64,000 nucleotides of DNA from Pseudomonadota bacterium (lineage in GTDB: Bacteria > Pseudomonadota > Gammaproteobacteria > SURF-13), in the NCBI GenBank assembly GCA_040756035.1, contig JBFLZV010000004.1:7463-71462 (forward strand). Reading direction: 5' to 3'. Made by a program: the position numbers and the translations under genes. This document shows, piece by piece, positions 52,179 to 64,000 of the stretch. The notes beneath the pieces are model-generated. The model saw only the letters and a program-made list of their open reading frames with translations, was not told the origin of the DNA and did no database searches. Numbering within the stretch: the stretch's first letter is position 1; every line of letters begins with the position of its first letter.

Positions 52179-53570
52179 ATGAAACCTGTCATCGCCCTAG
52201 TGGGCCGGCCCAACGTCGGTAAATCCACGCTGTTCAACCGGCTCACGCAAACGCGCGAGGCGCTGGTCGCCGATCAGCCGGGACTCACGCGCGACCGCAA
52301 ATACGGTTCAGGCAAAATCGGCGACCGGCCGTATATCGTGGTGGACACCGGCGGCCTGACCGGAACCGAGGAAGGACTGGAGGCCCTGGTCGCCGAGCAG
52401 ACGCTGCTCGCGGTGCGCGAGGCCGACGTGGTGCTGTTTCTGGTGGACGGACGCGACGGCCTGACGCCCGCCGATGAAAAGATCGCCGCGCAACTGCGTC
52501 CTTACGGCAAAAAAGTTTTTTTAGTGGTGAATAAAATGGAAGGCCGCGACGCCGCGCTCGGCGGCGCGGAATTTTACGCACTGGGTTTGGGTGCGCCGCA
52601 CGCGATTTCCTCCGCGCACGGCCAGGGCGTGACGCAGCTGATGGATGCCGTGCTGCCGGCATTGCCGGCATCGGAAGAAGAAGAGAAAGAGGAAGAGGCG
52701 CACGGCATCAAAATCGCCGTGATCGGACGCCCCAACGTCGGCAAATCCACACTGGTCAACCGCATGCTCGGCGAAGAGCGCGTGCTCGCCTTCGACCAGC
52801 CGGGCACCACGCGCGACAGCATCTACATTCCCTTCGAGCGCAAGCGGCGCCGCTATACGCTCATCGACACCGCCGGCGTGCGCCGCCGCGGCAAAGTCAC
52901 CGAAACCATCGAGAAATTCAGCGTCATCAAAACCCTGCAAGCCGTGGAAGACGCGCACGTGGTCATCCTGGTGCTCGACGCGCAGCAAGGCGTTACCGAT
53001 CAGGACGCCGGATTGCTGGGATTCGTTCTGGAGAGCGGCCGCGCGCTGGTGATCGTGGTCAACAAATGGGACAGCGTGGATCTCGAACAGCGCAGCCGCG
53101 TCAAACAGGAACTCGACCGCAAACTTTCGTTTCTCAATTTCGCCAAAATATACTTTATCTCGGCGTTGCGCGGCACGCGCGTCGCCGAATTGTTCACCGC
53201 GCTGGAGCGCGCCTACGCCGCGGCCAACAAAAAACTTTCCACGCCGCAGTTGACGCGCATCCTGGAGCAAGCCGTCGCCGCTCACGCACCGCCGCTGGTG
53301 GCGGGACGGCGCATCAAGCTGCGTTACGCGCATCAGGGCGGACACAATCCGCCGCTGGTGGTGGTGCACGGCAATCAAACCGAGTCGGTGCCGGATACCT
53401 ACCGGCGCTACCTCGCCAATAGCTTTCGTGAAGCGCTGAAGCTGGAGGGCACGCCGGTGCGCGTGGAATTCAAGAGCGGCGCGAATCCCTACCAAGGCCG
53501 CAAGAACGTGCTGACCGAACGCCAGCGCGCGAAGCGCAAGCGTTTAATCAAGCATATAAAAAAGAAGTAA
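52179..53570 (+). CDS. der: Ribosome biogenesis GTPase Der (EngA)
   Basis: Two G domains (GRPNVGKST twice, DTGG / DTAG, NKME / NKWD) and a KH-like C-terminus. Confidence 0.98.
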   Translation: MKPVIALVGRPNVGKSTLFNRLTQTREALVADQPGLTRDRKYGSGKIGDRPYIVVDTGGLTGTEEGLEALVAEQTLLAVREADVVLFLVDGRDGLTPADEKIAAQLRPYGKKVFLVVNKMEGRDAALGGAEFYALGLGAPHAISSAHGQGVTQLMDAVLPALPASEEEEKEEEAHGIKIAVIGRPNVGKSTLVNRMLGEERVLAFDQPGTTRDSIYIPFERKRRRYTLIDTAGVRRRGKVTETIEKFSVIKTLQAVEDAHVVILVLDAQQGVTDQDAGLLGFVLESGRALVIVVNKWDSVDLEQRSRVKQELDRKLSFLNFAKIYFISALRGTRVAELFTALERAYAAANKKLSTPQLTRILEQAVAAHAPPLVAGRRIKLRYAHQGGHNPPLVVVHGNQTESVPDTYRRYLANSFREALKLEGTPVRVEFKSGANPYQGRKNVLTERQRAKRKRLIKHIKKK

Positions 53571-53650
53571 TAAGTTGCAAGTTACAAGTGACAAGAAAAA
53601 ACGCAAATTTTGTTTCATCTTGTAACTTGCAACTTGTTATTTGTAACTGT
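53564..53650. repeat. Inverted heptamer array filling the convergent der/mlaA gap
   Basis: aagtaat-aagttgc-aagttac-aagtgac-aag (first unit contains the der stop) versus cttgtaa-cttgcaa-cttgtta-tttgtaa-ct. Confidence 0.88.
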
Positions 53651-53652
53651 AT

Positions 53653-54405
53653 TTATTCGTCCTTGCGGAAATCCTGTTGCTGCGATGTGGTTTCCTCATC
53701 GCGGATTTGGCTGGCGCGGCGCTGGCGATACGCTTCGCGCGTGAAGCTATAGGGGTCGGTGGCGGCCTCGTCGAGGATGCGTCCGGCGGACAGCAGGCGC
53801 GAGCGGTTGTCGATGGCGCGGATGCCCCATGCCCAGTTGCGCTGGCTGATATCGTCATGGTGCGTGAGCGGGTCGGTGTAGATGTCCGCCGCTAACCCGA
53901 AGGTGTCGCGCACGTTGCTCGGCCCGAAGAACGGCAGCACGATGTACGCGCCGTCCGCGACGCCCCAATAGCCCAGCGTCTGGCCGAAATCTTCCTTGTG
54001 GGCCGGTAATCCGCCCGGCGTGGCGACGTCTAGGAATCCGAACAAGCCGAAGCTGGAGTTGATGATGAGGCGCATCAAGTCATCGGCGCCTTGCTCGGCC
54101 TTGCCTTGCAGAAAATCGTTGAGGATGACGATGGGGTAGGACAGGTTGTTGAAGAAATTAGCTACGCCGGTGCGCGCCGGCTGCGGCACGACGTTCTTAT
54201 AGCCCGTGGCCAGCGGCTTGAGCACGGCCTTGTCCACGTTCTCGTTAAAGCTGTACATAGCCCGGTTGAAGCCCTCGAGCGGATCGTATTCGTCATCGGC
54301 GGCGCTGCCTTGCACGCCCTGGGTGGTGGCGCACCCGGCGTTTAGGAGTAGGGCGGCGACCAGGGCGGCATAGGCCGGGAGGCGGAGTAGGGCGGCGTAA
54401 TTCAT
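53653..54405 (-). CDS. mlaA: MlaA/VacJ lipoprotein
   Basis: Lipobox NAGC, DPLEGFNRAMYSFN, EDFGQTLG, YIVLPFFGPS. Confidence 0.94.
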   Translation of the reverse strand: MNYAALLRLPAYAALVAALLLNAGCATTQGVQGSAADDEYDPLEGFNRAMYSFNENVDKAVLKPLATGYKNVVPQPARTGVANFFNNLSYPIVILNDFLQGKAEQGADDLMRLIINSSFGLFGFLDVATPGGLPAHKEDFGQTLGYWGVADGAYIVLPFFGPSNVRDTFGLAADIYTDPLTHHDDISQRNWAWGIRAIDNRSRLLSAGRILDEAATDPYSFTREAYRQRRASQIRDEETTSQQQDFRKDE

Positions 54406-54551
54406 GAGGCTCTCTGACGGGTTATTAGTTTATTTATCGGCGGCGTAGCTAAAACATTTAAAAGTATACGCCTTACAGCCAAAAAATAAAGCCATGGCGC
54501 TATTAATCCGGTAATAAATATATCGGGTCATATCTTATCTTTTCTTGGAGA

Positions 54552-55394
54552 TTATTCAATGATTGTGCCAGCGGCGGGTAAAAATAGGCCGGGATCGACC
54601 GAGGCGCGGTTCAGGCTGACGCCCCAGTGCAGGTGCGGGCCGGTTACGCGCCCGGTCATGCCCACCGCGCCGATGATGTCGCCGCGCTGCACCGCCTGGC
54701 CGGGACGGACGTCGATGCGGCTGAGATGGCAGTACAGGGTGATCAGCCCCTGGCCGTGGTCGATGAAAATGGTGTTACCGTTGAAAAAGTAGTCGCCGGT
54801 GGCGATCACCCGGCCCGCGGCGGGCGCACGCACCGGCGCGCCGCTGTCGGCGGCGATGTCCATGCCGCTGTGCGGCTTGCGTGGCTGGCCGTTGAAGTAG
54901 CGCCGGAAGCCGAAACTGTCGCTGGGCCGGCCTTCCACGGGCTGGAGAAAGTTCACCGGCATATCGGTTTGATCAGTCCACTGCTCCAGCGCGCGATTGA
55001 TTTCCACGGTTTCCTTTTCGATGCGCGCCAAATCTTCGGCGGAGGGTTCCACCTTGCGCTGATCCTTGATGGTGAGATGTTGGCTGGGATAGCGCTTGTC
55101 GCGCACCGTAAAGCTGACCCGCGTTAGAGTTTGGTCACCGTTTTTCACTTCTAAAACATGTGTGCCGGGGTTGCTGCTGAGCGGGATGCCGACCAGCGCC
55201 TGCCATGTCGCGCCGTTGCGCAGCACCATCACGCGCCGGCCCTCGTAGTAGGCGTGCGGGGCGGTTTGGGCGCCGGACGGCAAGTTCAGGGGTAGGATGG
55301 CGATACCGCCCGGCACGGGACTGGAGCGGGGCAGGTCGATAGCGAGAGATGAAACAGAAAATAATGATAAAACAATAGCTAATAATCTATTCAT
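54552..55394 (-). CDS. M23 family peptidase
   Basis: HSGMD and HLH motifs, FFNGNTIFIDHG; N-terminal SPVPGG domain; downstream of xseA. Confidence 0.9.
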   Translation of the reverse strand: MNRLLAIVLSLFSVSSLAIDLPRSSPVPGGIAILPLNLPSGAQTAPHAYYEGRRVMVLRNGATWQALVGIPLSSNPGTHVLEVKNGDQTLTRVSFTVRDKRYPSQHLTIKDQRKVEPSAEDLARIEKETVEINRALEQWTDQTDMPVNFLQPVEGRPSDSFGFRRYFNGQPRKPHSGMDIAADSGAPVRAPAAGRVIATGDYFFNGNTIFIDHGQGLITLYCHLSRIDVRPGQAVQRGDIIGAVGMTGRVTGPHLHWGVSLNRASVDPGLFLPAAGTIIE

Positions 55395-56766
55395 CAAGTC
55401 GTTTCTCAACTTTCAATAACACGCCGCCCTGGCCCAGGCGCGCCTCGACGCGGTCGCCTGCGGCAAGTCCGCGCGCGGCGCGCACCACGCTGCGTTCCGG
55501 CAGACGTTGCAGAATGGCGTAACCGCGCCCCAGCGTGGCGAGCGGACTGACGCCGTCCAATGCGCGCGCCAAGCCGTCCAGGCGGCTGTGCGCCCGCTCC
55601 AGGGTACGCAGCACGGCGCCGCGCAGGCGTCGGCTCAGGTTCTCGTGTTCCACGTGCAGACGTTGCACGCGGTGCAGCGGAGTGAGCCGCTGTAGTTGGG
55701 CGCGCAACGCGGCGAGGCGCGAGCGCGTATGGTGTAACAGCGCCCGCTGCGCGCGGGCGAGACGCTGTTCCAGCTCATCGAGACGCTGCGCCTGATTACG
55801 CAGGCGCTGGCCGGGGTGTTGCAAGCGCCGCTTCGTCCAAGTCAGCGCTTGACGGCGTTGTTGGAGCGCATTCTGCATAAGTTGCGCCAGTCGAGAACGC
55901 AGGCGCGCCAGCACCGTTTGCCAGGCATTGCGGTCAGGGCTGACCAGCTCGGCGGCGGCGGTCGGCGTGGCGGCGCGCCGGTCGGCTGCCAAGTCGGCGA
56001 TGGTGAAGTCGATCTCATGCCCGATGCCGGTGACCACCGGCGCGCTGCACTCGTAGAGGGCGCGCGCCACGCACTCCTCGTTGAAGGCCCACAGGTCTTC
56101 CAGCGAACCGCCGCCGCGCGCGAGGATTAATACGTCGCACTCGGCGCGTCGCGCGGCCAGGCGCAGGGTCTGCGCGATCTTCTCCGCCGCGCCCGCGCCC
56201 TGCACCGGCACGGGATAGATCAGCACCGGGATACTGGGAAAGCGGCGGCGCAGACAGGCCAGAATATCGCGCAGCGCGGCTCCGGTGGGGGAGGTGATTA
56301 CGCCGATCCGGCGCGGCAGCGCGGGCAGCGGTTTCTTGCGCGCGCTATCGAACAGGCCCTGCGCCGCCAGGCGCTGCTTGAGTTCCTCGAAGGCGCGCCG
56401 CAGGGCGCCGTCGCCCGCTTCCTCCATGTGTTCCACGATCAACTGGAACTCGCCGCGGCCTTCGTACAGACTCACGCGCGCGCGCACTAGCACCCGCATA
56501 CCGTTATCCGGCGTGAAATTCAGGCGCACGTTGCGCGTGCGGAACATGGCGCAGCGCACCTGCGCTTGGCTGTCCTTCAAGGAAAAATACACGTGACCGG
56601 AGGAGGGGCGCGAAAAATTGGAGATTTCCCCTTCCACCCAGATCAGCGGGAAATTGCCTTCCAGCAGCGCGCGCGCCTCCTGATTCAGGCGCGCGACGCT
56701 GTAGACCTCGCGCGCCGGCAGCGCGGACAGCCCCTCGAGGATTTCGAAGCCGGTGGGTTCGTACAT
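55387..56766 (-). CDS. xseA: Exodeoxyribonuclease VII large subunit
   Basis: WVEGEISN, SGHVYFSLKD, RGGGSLEDLW, GIGHEIDFTI, ATPTAAAE, SPLATLGRGY. Confidence 0.96.
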   Translation of the reverse strand: MYEPTGFEILEGLSALPAREVYSVARLNQEARALLEGNFPLIWVEGEISNFSRPSSGHVYFSLKDSQAQVRCAMFRTRNVRLNFTPDNGMRVLVRARVSLYEGRGEFQLIVEHMEEAGDGALRRAFEELKQRLAAQGLFDSARKKPLPALPRRIGVITSPTGAALRDILACLRRRFPSIPVLIYPVPVQGAGAAEKIAQTLRLAARRAECDVLILARGGGSLEDLWAFNEECVARALYECSAPVVTGIGHEIDFTIADLAADRRAATPTAAAELVSPDRNAWQTVLARLRSRLAQLMQNALQQRRQALTWTKRRLQHPGQRLRNQAQRLDELEQRLARAQRALLHHTRSRLAALRAQLQRLTPLHRVQRLHVEHENLSRRLRGAVLRTLERAHSRLDGLARALDGVSPLATLGRGYAILQRLPERSVVRAARGLAAGDRVEARLGQGGVLLKVEKRLDE

Positions 56767-56824
56767 GGATTAATGATAATCCAGAATTTGCTATGAGAGC
56801 AGCGCGGGATCTTTTTGTGCGATA

Positions 56825-56870
56825 TTGCCCCGATTGCTAATCCAATATATAATGGTATACATGTAAACCA
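56825..56870 (+). promoter_or_regulatory. TA promoter and palindromic operator
   Basis: TTGCCC (56825-56830), 17 bp, TATAAT (56848-56853); operator tggtatacatgtaaacca (56853-56870) is 16/18 self-complementary. Confidence 0.7.
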
Positions 56871-56894
56871 AAGTAGGGTATTTGGAGGTAAGGC

Positions 56895-57128
56895 ATGGGC
56901 AAACAAACGGCAGTAAGGCTCTCGGACGAAACATATGAGCGCCTGCATTCGCTCGCCGAACAAACGGGGCGCACGGTAACTTACTATATCCGCGAAGCCA
57001 TCGAAGAGCATCTGGAGGACTTGGAGGATATTTATCTGGCGGAGAAAGCGCTAGAGGACCTTCGGGCCGGTCGTGAGAAAACAATCTCCCTGGATGAAAT
57101 GAGTAAGCGCCTTGGCTTGGACGATTGA
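56895..57128 (+). CDS. RHH/CopG-type antitoxin
   Basis: VRLSDETYERLHSLAEQTGRTVTYYIREAIEEHLEDLED; overlaps the toxin start. Confidence 0.85.
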   Translation: MGKQTAVRLSDETYERLHSLAEQTGRTVTYYIREAIEEHLEDLEDIYLAEKALEDLRAGREKTISLDEMSKRLGLDD

Positions 57129-57378
57129 ATTCGATCCGCGCACTGAAAAGGATTTGAGAAGGATAGGCCGCCAAGAGGCCCGCCGTATTCGAGATTATTT
57201 GCAGAATCGCGTGGCCGTGCTCGACGACCCGCGCCAGCTTGGCAAACCTCTCAAGGGGCAATTCACGGAATTATGGCGCTACCGGGTCGGGGATTACCGT
57301 CTGATTTGCGAATTGCGCAACGCAGCACTGGTGGTATTGGTCATCCGTATCGGGCACAGGCGCGAGGTGTATCGTTGA
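57112..57378 (+). CDS. relE: RelE/ParE family toxin
   Basis: LGKPLKG, WRYRVGDYRLIC, VIRIGHRREVY; 88 aa. Confidence 0.9.
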   Translation: MAWTIEFDPRTEKDLRRIGRQEARRIRDYLQNRVAVLDDPRQLGKPLKGQFTELWRYRVGDYRLICELRNAALVVLVIRIGHRREVYR

Positions 57379-57450
57379 TTCCAATGACATCTCTCCCATA
57401 AATAGAGGCCGGTCGATCTTTATTTACCTCACACAGAAAAAATATTATAA

Positions 57451-58959
<1,509 letters not shown>

Positions 58960-58965
58960 AATAAA

Positions 58966-59106
58966 AGTAGGGAAAAGGGAAAAGATACAAGTAACAGGGC
59001 AAAGGGAAAAGATACAAGGGAAAAGGGAGAAGACAAGGGAGATTCTTTCCTTTTCCCTTTTCCCTTTTCCCTTTTCCCTTTGCCCTTTGTCCTTTGTCCT
59101 TTGTTC
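58966..59106. repeat. Long inverted heptamer array between guaB and guaA
   Basis: agggaaa-agggaaa-agataca-agtaaca-gggcaaa... versus ttccctt x4, tgccctt, tgtcctt x2. Confidence 0.92.
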
Positions 59107-59113
59107 TATCGTT

Positions 59114-60685
59114 ATGAACATCCACGCCCACCGCATCCTCATCCTCGATTTCGGCTCGCAGTACACGCAGCTCATCGCGCGGCGTGTACGCGAGATCGGC
59201 GTGTATTGCGAAATCCATCCGTGGGACATGCCCGACGCCGCGCTGCGCGCCTTCGCGCCTAAGGGCGTGATTCTCTCCGGCGGGCCGGAGTCGGTGACGC
59301 TGGCCGACACGCCGCGCGCGCCGCAAGCGGTGTTCGAGCTCGGCGTGCCGGTGCTCGGCATCTGCTACGGCATGCAAACCATGGCCGCGCAGTTGGGCGG
59401 CGCGGTGGAGAGTTCCGCGCACCGCGAATTCGGCTACGCCGAGGTGCGCGCGCGCGGCCACTCCGCGCTGCTGCGCGACATCGAAGACCGCACCAGCGAC
59501 GAAGGCTACGGCCTGCTTGACGTGTGGATGAGCCACGGCGACCGCGTAACGCAATTACCGCCCGGCTTCAAGATGATCGCCGGCACGCCGTCCGCGCCGC
59601 TCGCCGGTATGGCCGACGAGGCGCGCCGTTTCTACGGCCTGCAATTCCATCCGGAAGTCACGCACACGCGCCAAGGTGCGCGCATCCTGCAACGCTTCGT
59701 GCTGGAAATCTGCGGGTGTGAGGCGCTGTGGACGGCGCACAACATCATCGAAGACAGCATCGCGCAAGTGCGCAAGCAAGTGGGAAACAACGAAGTGCTG
59801 CTCGGCTTGTCCGGCGGCGTCGATTCCTCGGTGGTGGCGGCGCTGTTGCATAAGGCCATCGGCGATCAACTCACCTGCGTATTCGTGGACAACGGCCTGC
59901 TGCGCCTGCACGAAGGCGATCAAGTGATGGCGACCTTCGCCAAACACTTAGGGATCAAAGTGCTGCGCGTGGATGCCGAGCAGCGTTTTCTCGGCGCGCT
60001 GCAAGGCGTCGTCGATCCCGAGGAAAAACGCAAACACATCGGCCGATTATTTATCGAGGTGTTCGAGGAAGAAGCGGTCAAACTGCGCAATATCAAATGG
60101 CTCGCGCAGGGCACCATTTACCCCGACGTGATCGAATCCGCCGCCGCCAAATCCGGCAAGGCGCACGTCATCAAATCACACCATAACGTCGGCGGCCTGC
60201 CGGAAAAAATGCACCTCAAACTGGTCGAGCCGCTGCGCGAACTGTTCAAGGACGAAGTGCGCCGCCTCGGCGTGGAACTGGGCCTGCCGTACGAAATGGT
60301 TTATCGCCACCCGTTCCCCGGCCCCGGCCTCGGCGTGCGTATTCTAGGCGAAGTGCAAAAAGACTACGCCGACACCTTGCGCCGCGCCGACGCCATCTTC
60401 ATCGAAGAACTGCGTCGAAACGATTTGTACGACAAGGTCAGCCAGGCGTTCGCGGTGTTTCTGCCGGTGAAATCCGTCGGCGTAATGGGCGACGCGCGCC
60501 GCTACGATCACGTCATCGCGCTGCGCGCCGTGGAGACTGTGGACTTCATGACCGCCCACTGGGCGCATCTCCCTTACCAAGTCCTCGACAAAATCTCCAC
60601 CCGCATCATCAACGAAGTCCCCGGCGTGAGCCGCGTGGTCTACGACATCTCCGGCAAGCCGCCCGCGACGATAGAGTGGGAGTGA
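59114..60685 (+). CDS. guaA: GMP synthase
   Basis: [50 protein letters not shown]. Confidence 0.98.
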   Translation: MNIHAHRILILDFGSQYTQLIARRVREIGVYCEIHPWDMPDAALRAFAPKGVILSGGPESVTLADTPRAPQAVFELGVPVLGICYGMQTMAAQLGGAVESSAHREFGYAEVRARGHSALLRDIEDRTSDEGYGLLDVWMSHGDRVTQLPPGFKMIAGTPSAPLAGMADEARRFYGLQFHPEVTHTRQGARILQRFVLEICGCEALWTAHNIIEDSIAQVRKQVGNNEVLLGLSGGVDSSVVAALLHKAIGDQLTCVFVDNGLLRLHEGDQVMATFAKHLGIKVLRVDAEQRFLGALQGVVDPEEKRKHIGRLFIEVFEEEAVKLRNIKWLAQGTIYPDVIESAAAKSGKAHVIKSHHNVGGLPEKMHLKLVEPLRELFKDEVRRLGVELGLPYEMVYRHPFPGPGLGVRILGEVQKDYADTLRRADAIFIEELRRNDLYDKVSQAFAVFLPVKSVGVMGDARRYDHVIALRAVETVDFMTAHWAHLPYQVLDKISTRIINEVPGVSRVVYDISGKPPATIEWE

Positions 60686-60827
60686 CGTGGCTGAGCTTTT
60701 GCTCAGTTAGTTCTCATCTCCGATTCCCTGATCTCTCCCGGCACAGCCGGCGCCCTTTTGTGCTCCAAGAACGGGAATTCGTCTCGAGGTCGTTTGTTGA
60801 TATCGAGCTGAATTACATGGAGTCTGT

Positions 60828-61727
60828 TCACTCGGCCGATACTGCGGGCGGGGCGGCGTGCCGGGTGCTTTCCCAGGCCGCGCCGGTCAGCGCCGCACGC
60901 AATTCGCTCAACTTGGCTTTGATTTGCATGGCGTTCGCGGCGCCCATGCGCAGCAGGGCCTTCTGCCCGGCCGAAAGACGCTCAAGTGCGGGATCGGCGT
61001 ACTGGTAGAGTACTTTCGGCTGTGTTATGCGCAACGGCTCCTCCACGACCGGTGTCTCCAGTAGATGATCGATCACCTCCACTAGGCGGTCATTGAAATA
61101 GGCGTTCGGCGTACTGATCTCGGCATAGGCCTCTTGGAACAAGGGATAGAGACGCACGTACAGGCTCACCAGCCGCCGCGTTTCGACACGCATCGCCAGA
61201 TCGACATAGGGGACATAGCGCGCCGCATTGTCGGGGCTGATGCTCAGCTCATCGCCCGCGCCATTCACCTGGAACGGTCCTGCGACCCGTTTGAACAAGA
61301 GATTTTGACGCGGGAGTTTCGGATTCGGCAGATTATCCACGGTTATCACAAAGCGGCGGATGAATTCGTCACTACTGAACAAGGCGCTCAATGTCTGCTC
61401 GCCGAATATGCCGCTGAGCAATTGTGTCACGACCGTGTTGCTCGTATTCAGTGCCGGCAGGGGCTCGACAGACGATTCCGGCGGGGACGATGGCGTGCCG
61501 CCGGGCGTCTGTACCAAGGAGGGCGGAGGTGTTGTGGTGCCGTCCTGTGCGGACGGAACCGGTATCGGATAGCGTGGTCCCGCCGGCGCTTGCGCTGTGG
61601 GCGGTCCGTCGGCCGGCGCCGGCTCCGATGGCTGCGGCTCGCGTTTTTCCCATTGTAGATAGAGTGTTGCCGCCGCAGCGACGAGGACGATCAACATCAT
61701 AGTGAGGACAAGCACCCGCATGATCAA
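60828..61727 (-). CDS. DUF3014-like membrane-anchored protein
   Basis: N-terminal TM, Pro-rich linker, RRFVITVDN, RYVPYV, LYPLFQEAY, FNDRL, LSAGQKALLRMG. Confidence 0.8.
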   Translation of the reverse strand: MIMRVLVLTMMLIVLVAAAATLYLQWEKREPQPSEPAPADGPPTAQAPAGPRYPIPVPSAQDGTTTPPPSLVQTPGGTPSSPPESSVEPLPALNTSNTVVTQLLSGIFGEQTLSALFSSDEFIRRFVITVDNLPNPKLPRQNLLFKRVAGPFQVNGAGDELSISPDNAARYVPYVDLAMRVETRRLVSLYVRLYPLFQEAYAEISTPNAYFNDRLVEVIDHLLETPVVEEPLRITQPKVLYQYADPALERLSAGQKALLRMGAANAMQIKAKLSELRAALTGAAWESTRHAAPPAVSAE

Positions 61728-61802
61728 ACACCTTTCAGAGATACGATGAGGGAAGATGATAACGAAAACAGGGTGGTGCTAAGCAGCCTTATCGGTTGCA
61801 CG

Positions 61803-62227
61803 GGTCGGCGCGGGCGAGATGCCGCCGGTAAAAGTGTGGTGGGCCTCCGGAGCACGACGGAAGGGTATACACGCGCGTGGTGGAACACCTGGCCAAGGAA
61901 GAGTGGACGGCCCTGATTCAAAAGAAAACACGCAAGGGTTCGGTCTATTACGCCGACATCTTCCGCGGCTATCGATCGCTCAAGCGTTACGGTAAACACC
62001 GTACCGTGAACCCTGCCAAGGCGCTCCTGGACGAGCGGACCAAAAACCACATCAACGGCATCGAGAGCTTTGGAGCTATGCCGAGCATATCCATACAACT
62101 ACCGGGGCGGTTCCAAATACCATTTTCCCATGTACCTTTAAAGAGGTGGAATACCGCTTTAACCATCGCACCGAAAGTCTGCTTAAACTCTTTAATGAAA
62201 CACTATTTTGGTTACGTTCCCGTCTAA
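61803..62227 (+). pseudogene. IS1595 (ISXO2-like) transposase relic
   Basis: GRRGRDAAGK, GSVYYAD, YRSL, NHINGIESF, KEVEYRFNHR appear in three different frames, i.e. multiple frameshifts. Confidence 0.8.
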
Positions 62228-62322
62228 TTACCAATTTTTAGCAATGATATTTTTCACGGTATCGACACCCATGACCACCGGGAAATCCGCGCCAATACCG
62301 GACTTTTTCCGCTCGCTTACAG

Positions 62323-63216
62323 TCAAGAGGGCTTATTCTTCCCCGCGATCATGTCATGAATGATCGGCGACAGAATCAATTCCATGGCGAATCCCATCTT
62401 GCCGCCGGGCACCACGATGGTGTTGCGGCGCGACATGAAGGAATTGCAGATCATGTTCAGCAGGTAAGGGAAATCCACGCCCTGCGGGTTGCGGAAGCGG
62501 ATCACGATGAAGCTTTCATCCGGTGTCGGGATGTCGCGCGAGATGAAGGGGTTGGAAGTATCCACCGTGGACACGCGCTGGAAGTTGATGTCGGTGCGCG
62601 AAAACTGCGGAGTGATGTAGTTCACGTAATCCGGCATACGGCGCAGTATGGTGTCCACGATCACTTCGGCGGAATAGCCGCGCTCGGCGCCGTCGCGGTG
62701 GATTTTCTGAATCCATTCCAGATTGACGATGGGCACCACGCCGATGCCCAGATCGACATGCGCCGATACATCTACATCGTCGGTCTTGACCAAACCGTGC
62801 AGACCCTCGTAAAACAGCAAGTCGGAACCCGCCGGCACATCTTCCCAGGGCGTGAACTCGCCCACATTCAGATTAGTGTTGAGGCGCTTGTTGTGGTACG
62901 CCGCCTCGTCATGGCTATGGATGTAATAGCGCTTCTTGCCGGTGCCGGTTTCGCCGTAGGTCTTGAACAGTTCGGCCAGCTTGTCGAAATGGTTGGCTTG
63001 CGGGCCGAAATGGCTGAAGTGACGGTTGCCCTCGGCCTCGGCCTTTTTCACGGCTTCCCTGAACTCGGCGCGCGACAGGCTGTGAAAGCTGTCGCCCTCG
63101 ATCACGGCGGCGTTGATCTTTTCGCGCTGAAAGATATGCTCAAACGCGCGCTTGACGGTCGTGGTGCCGGCGCCGGACGAACCCGTCACCGCAATCACCG
63201 GATGCTTCTTGGACAT
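62323..63216 (-). CDS. prkB: Phosphoribulokinase (proteobacterial CBB type)
   Basis: MSKKHPVIAVTGSSGAGT, EGDSFH, FYEGLHG, NLEWIQKIHRD, INFQRV. Confidence 0.94.
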   Translation of the reverse strand: MSKKHPVIAVTGSSGAGTTTVKRAFEHIFQREKINAAVIEGDSFHSLSRAEFREAVKKAEAEGNRHFSHFGPQANHFDKLAELFKTYGETGTGKKRYYIHSHDEAAYHNKRLNTNLNVGEFTPWEDVPAGSDLLFYEGLHGLVKTDDVDVSAHVDLGIGVVPIVNLEWIQKIHRDGAERGYSAEVIVDTILRRMPDYVNYITPQFSRTDINFQRVSTVDTSNPFISRDIPTPDESFIVIRFRNPQGVDFPYLLNMICNSFMSRRNTIVVPGGKMGFAMELILSPIIHDMIAGKNKPS

Positions 63217-63598
63217 GCTGGAACTCCCCAAATATTCAAATTGAAAGCGCAAATTTTCTAATTGTACCTGCAAGAAGCCGGGTCTGTCATTCCAAGCGCG
63301 AGTTCCGCGCAATAACTCAAGGGGCTTGGTCCCCTAATTACTCCAAATTATTCCTAAGTCGTTGTTTTCTCAAAGGCCTCTACAGTCACAACTTCCCAAA
63401 ATTGCTTTGAGCAGGGAGGGAAAGGGCGTATTTCATAGGTTTGTTTTCCCCTCCATCCACGGTTACGATATACCACCGCCGTCGGTAGTGGCGCTGCGTC
63501 CGGCATCGTCATAGACAATAGACATATCCTGCCAGCCGATATGTAATCATGCTATTAACCATCAAATGATGCCCAGTTTAGGCATCGAATCTTGAGAT

Positions 63599-64000
<402 letters not shown>

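Noticed and set aside
60660-60830. Integrative island att site at the guaA 3' end
   Set aside because: No integrase and no direct repeat of the guaA end visible downstream; only a small ctgagc/gctcag hairpin.
63352-63512. 52-aa minus-strand ORF upstream of prkB (MTMPDAAPL...)
   Set aside because: No recognisable motif or SD; cannot be distinguished from chance.

Overview
A GC-rich chromosomal core region from a Gammaproteobacterium that is probably a chemolithoautotroph (it carries a CBB-type phosphoribulokinase; the taxonomy is inferred from gene content only). Gene order: mutL(5'-partial)-miaA-hfq-hflX-hflK-hflC-DUF2065-hisZ-purA; purM-purN-DUF3108; CDP-alcohol phosphotransferase-AI-2E transporter-hda; yqhA, DUF4398, wrbA; ilvI-ilvH-ilvC-pssA and leuA; a MIF-like tautomerase; sufBCDSU-nfu-Rieske ferredoxin-transaldolase; icd; mntA/hepT; M48 peptidase-cytochrome c-phhB; orn, grxD, pyrC, FKBP, ABC-F, GIY-YIG, inositol monophosphatase; a stand-alone beta-propeller; ccmABCDEFGHI-yfgM-bamB-der; mlaA, M23 peptidase, xseA, a RelBE-type pair, guaB-guaA, DUF3014, an IS1595 relic, prkB, an orphan vapB and tadA(3'-partial). 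I found no rRNA, tRNA, CRISPR array or intact transposase. The unusual content is mostly non-coding. (1) A modular hairpin-repeat family with a conserved NTCC(A/C)T loop and co-varying stems occurs at five loci. One copy has expanded into a 3 x 74-bp tandem array and another sits in frame (153 bp, 51 aa) inside the HflX GTPase domain. (2) Inverted period-7 arrays overlap stop codons and remove the Shine-Dalgarno region of miaA, der and guaA. (3) Paired 8-9-bp-unit inverted arms (ACGCAAAG type) enclose AT-rich cores, and one of them contains a heptamer element. Regulatory elements missing from the ORF track include a Leu-rich, probably near-leaderless leuA leader peptide and tandem IscR type-1-like boxes over the suf promoter. 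All family assignments come from motif recognition, not database searches.
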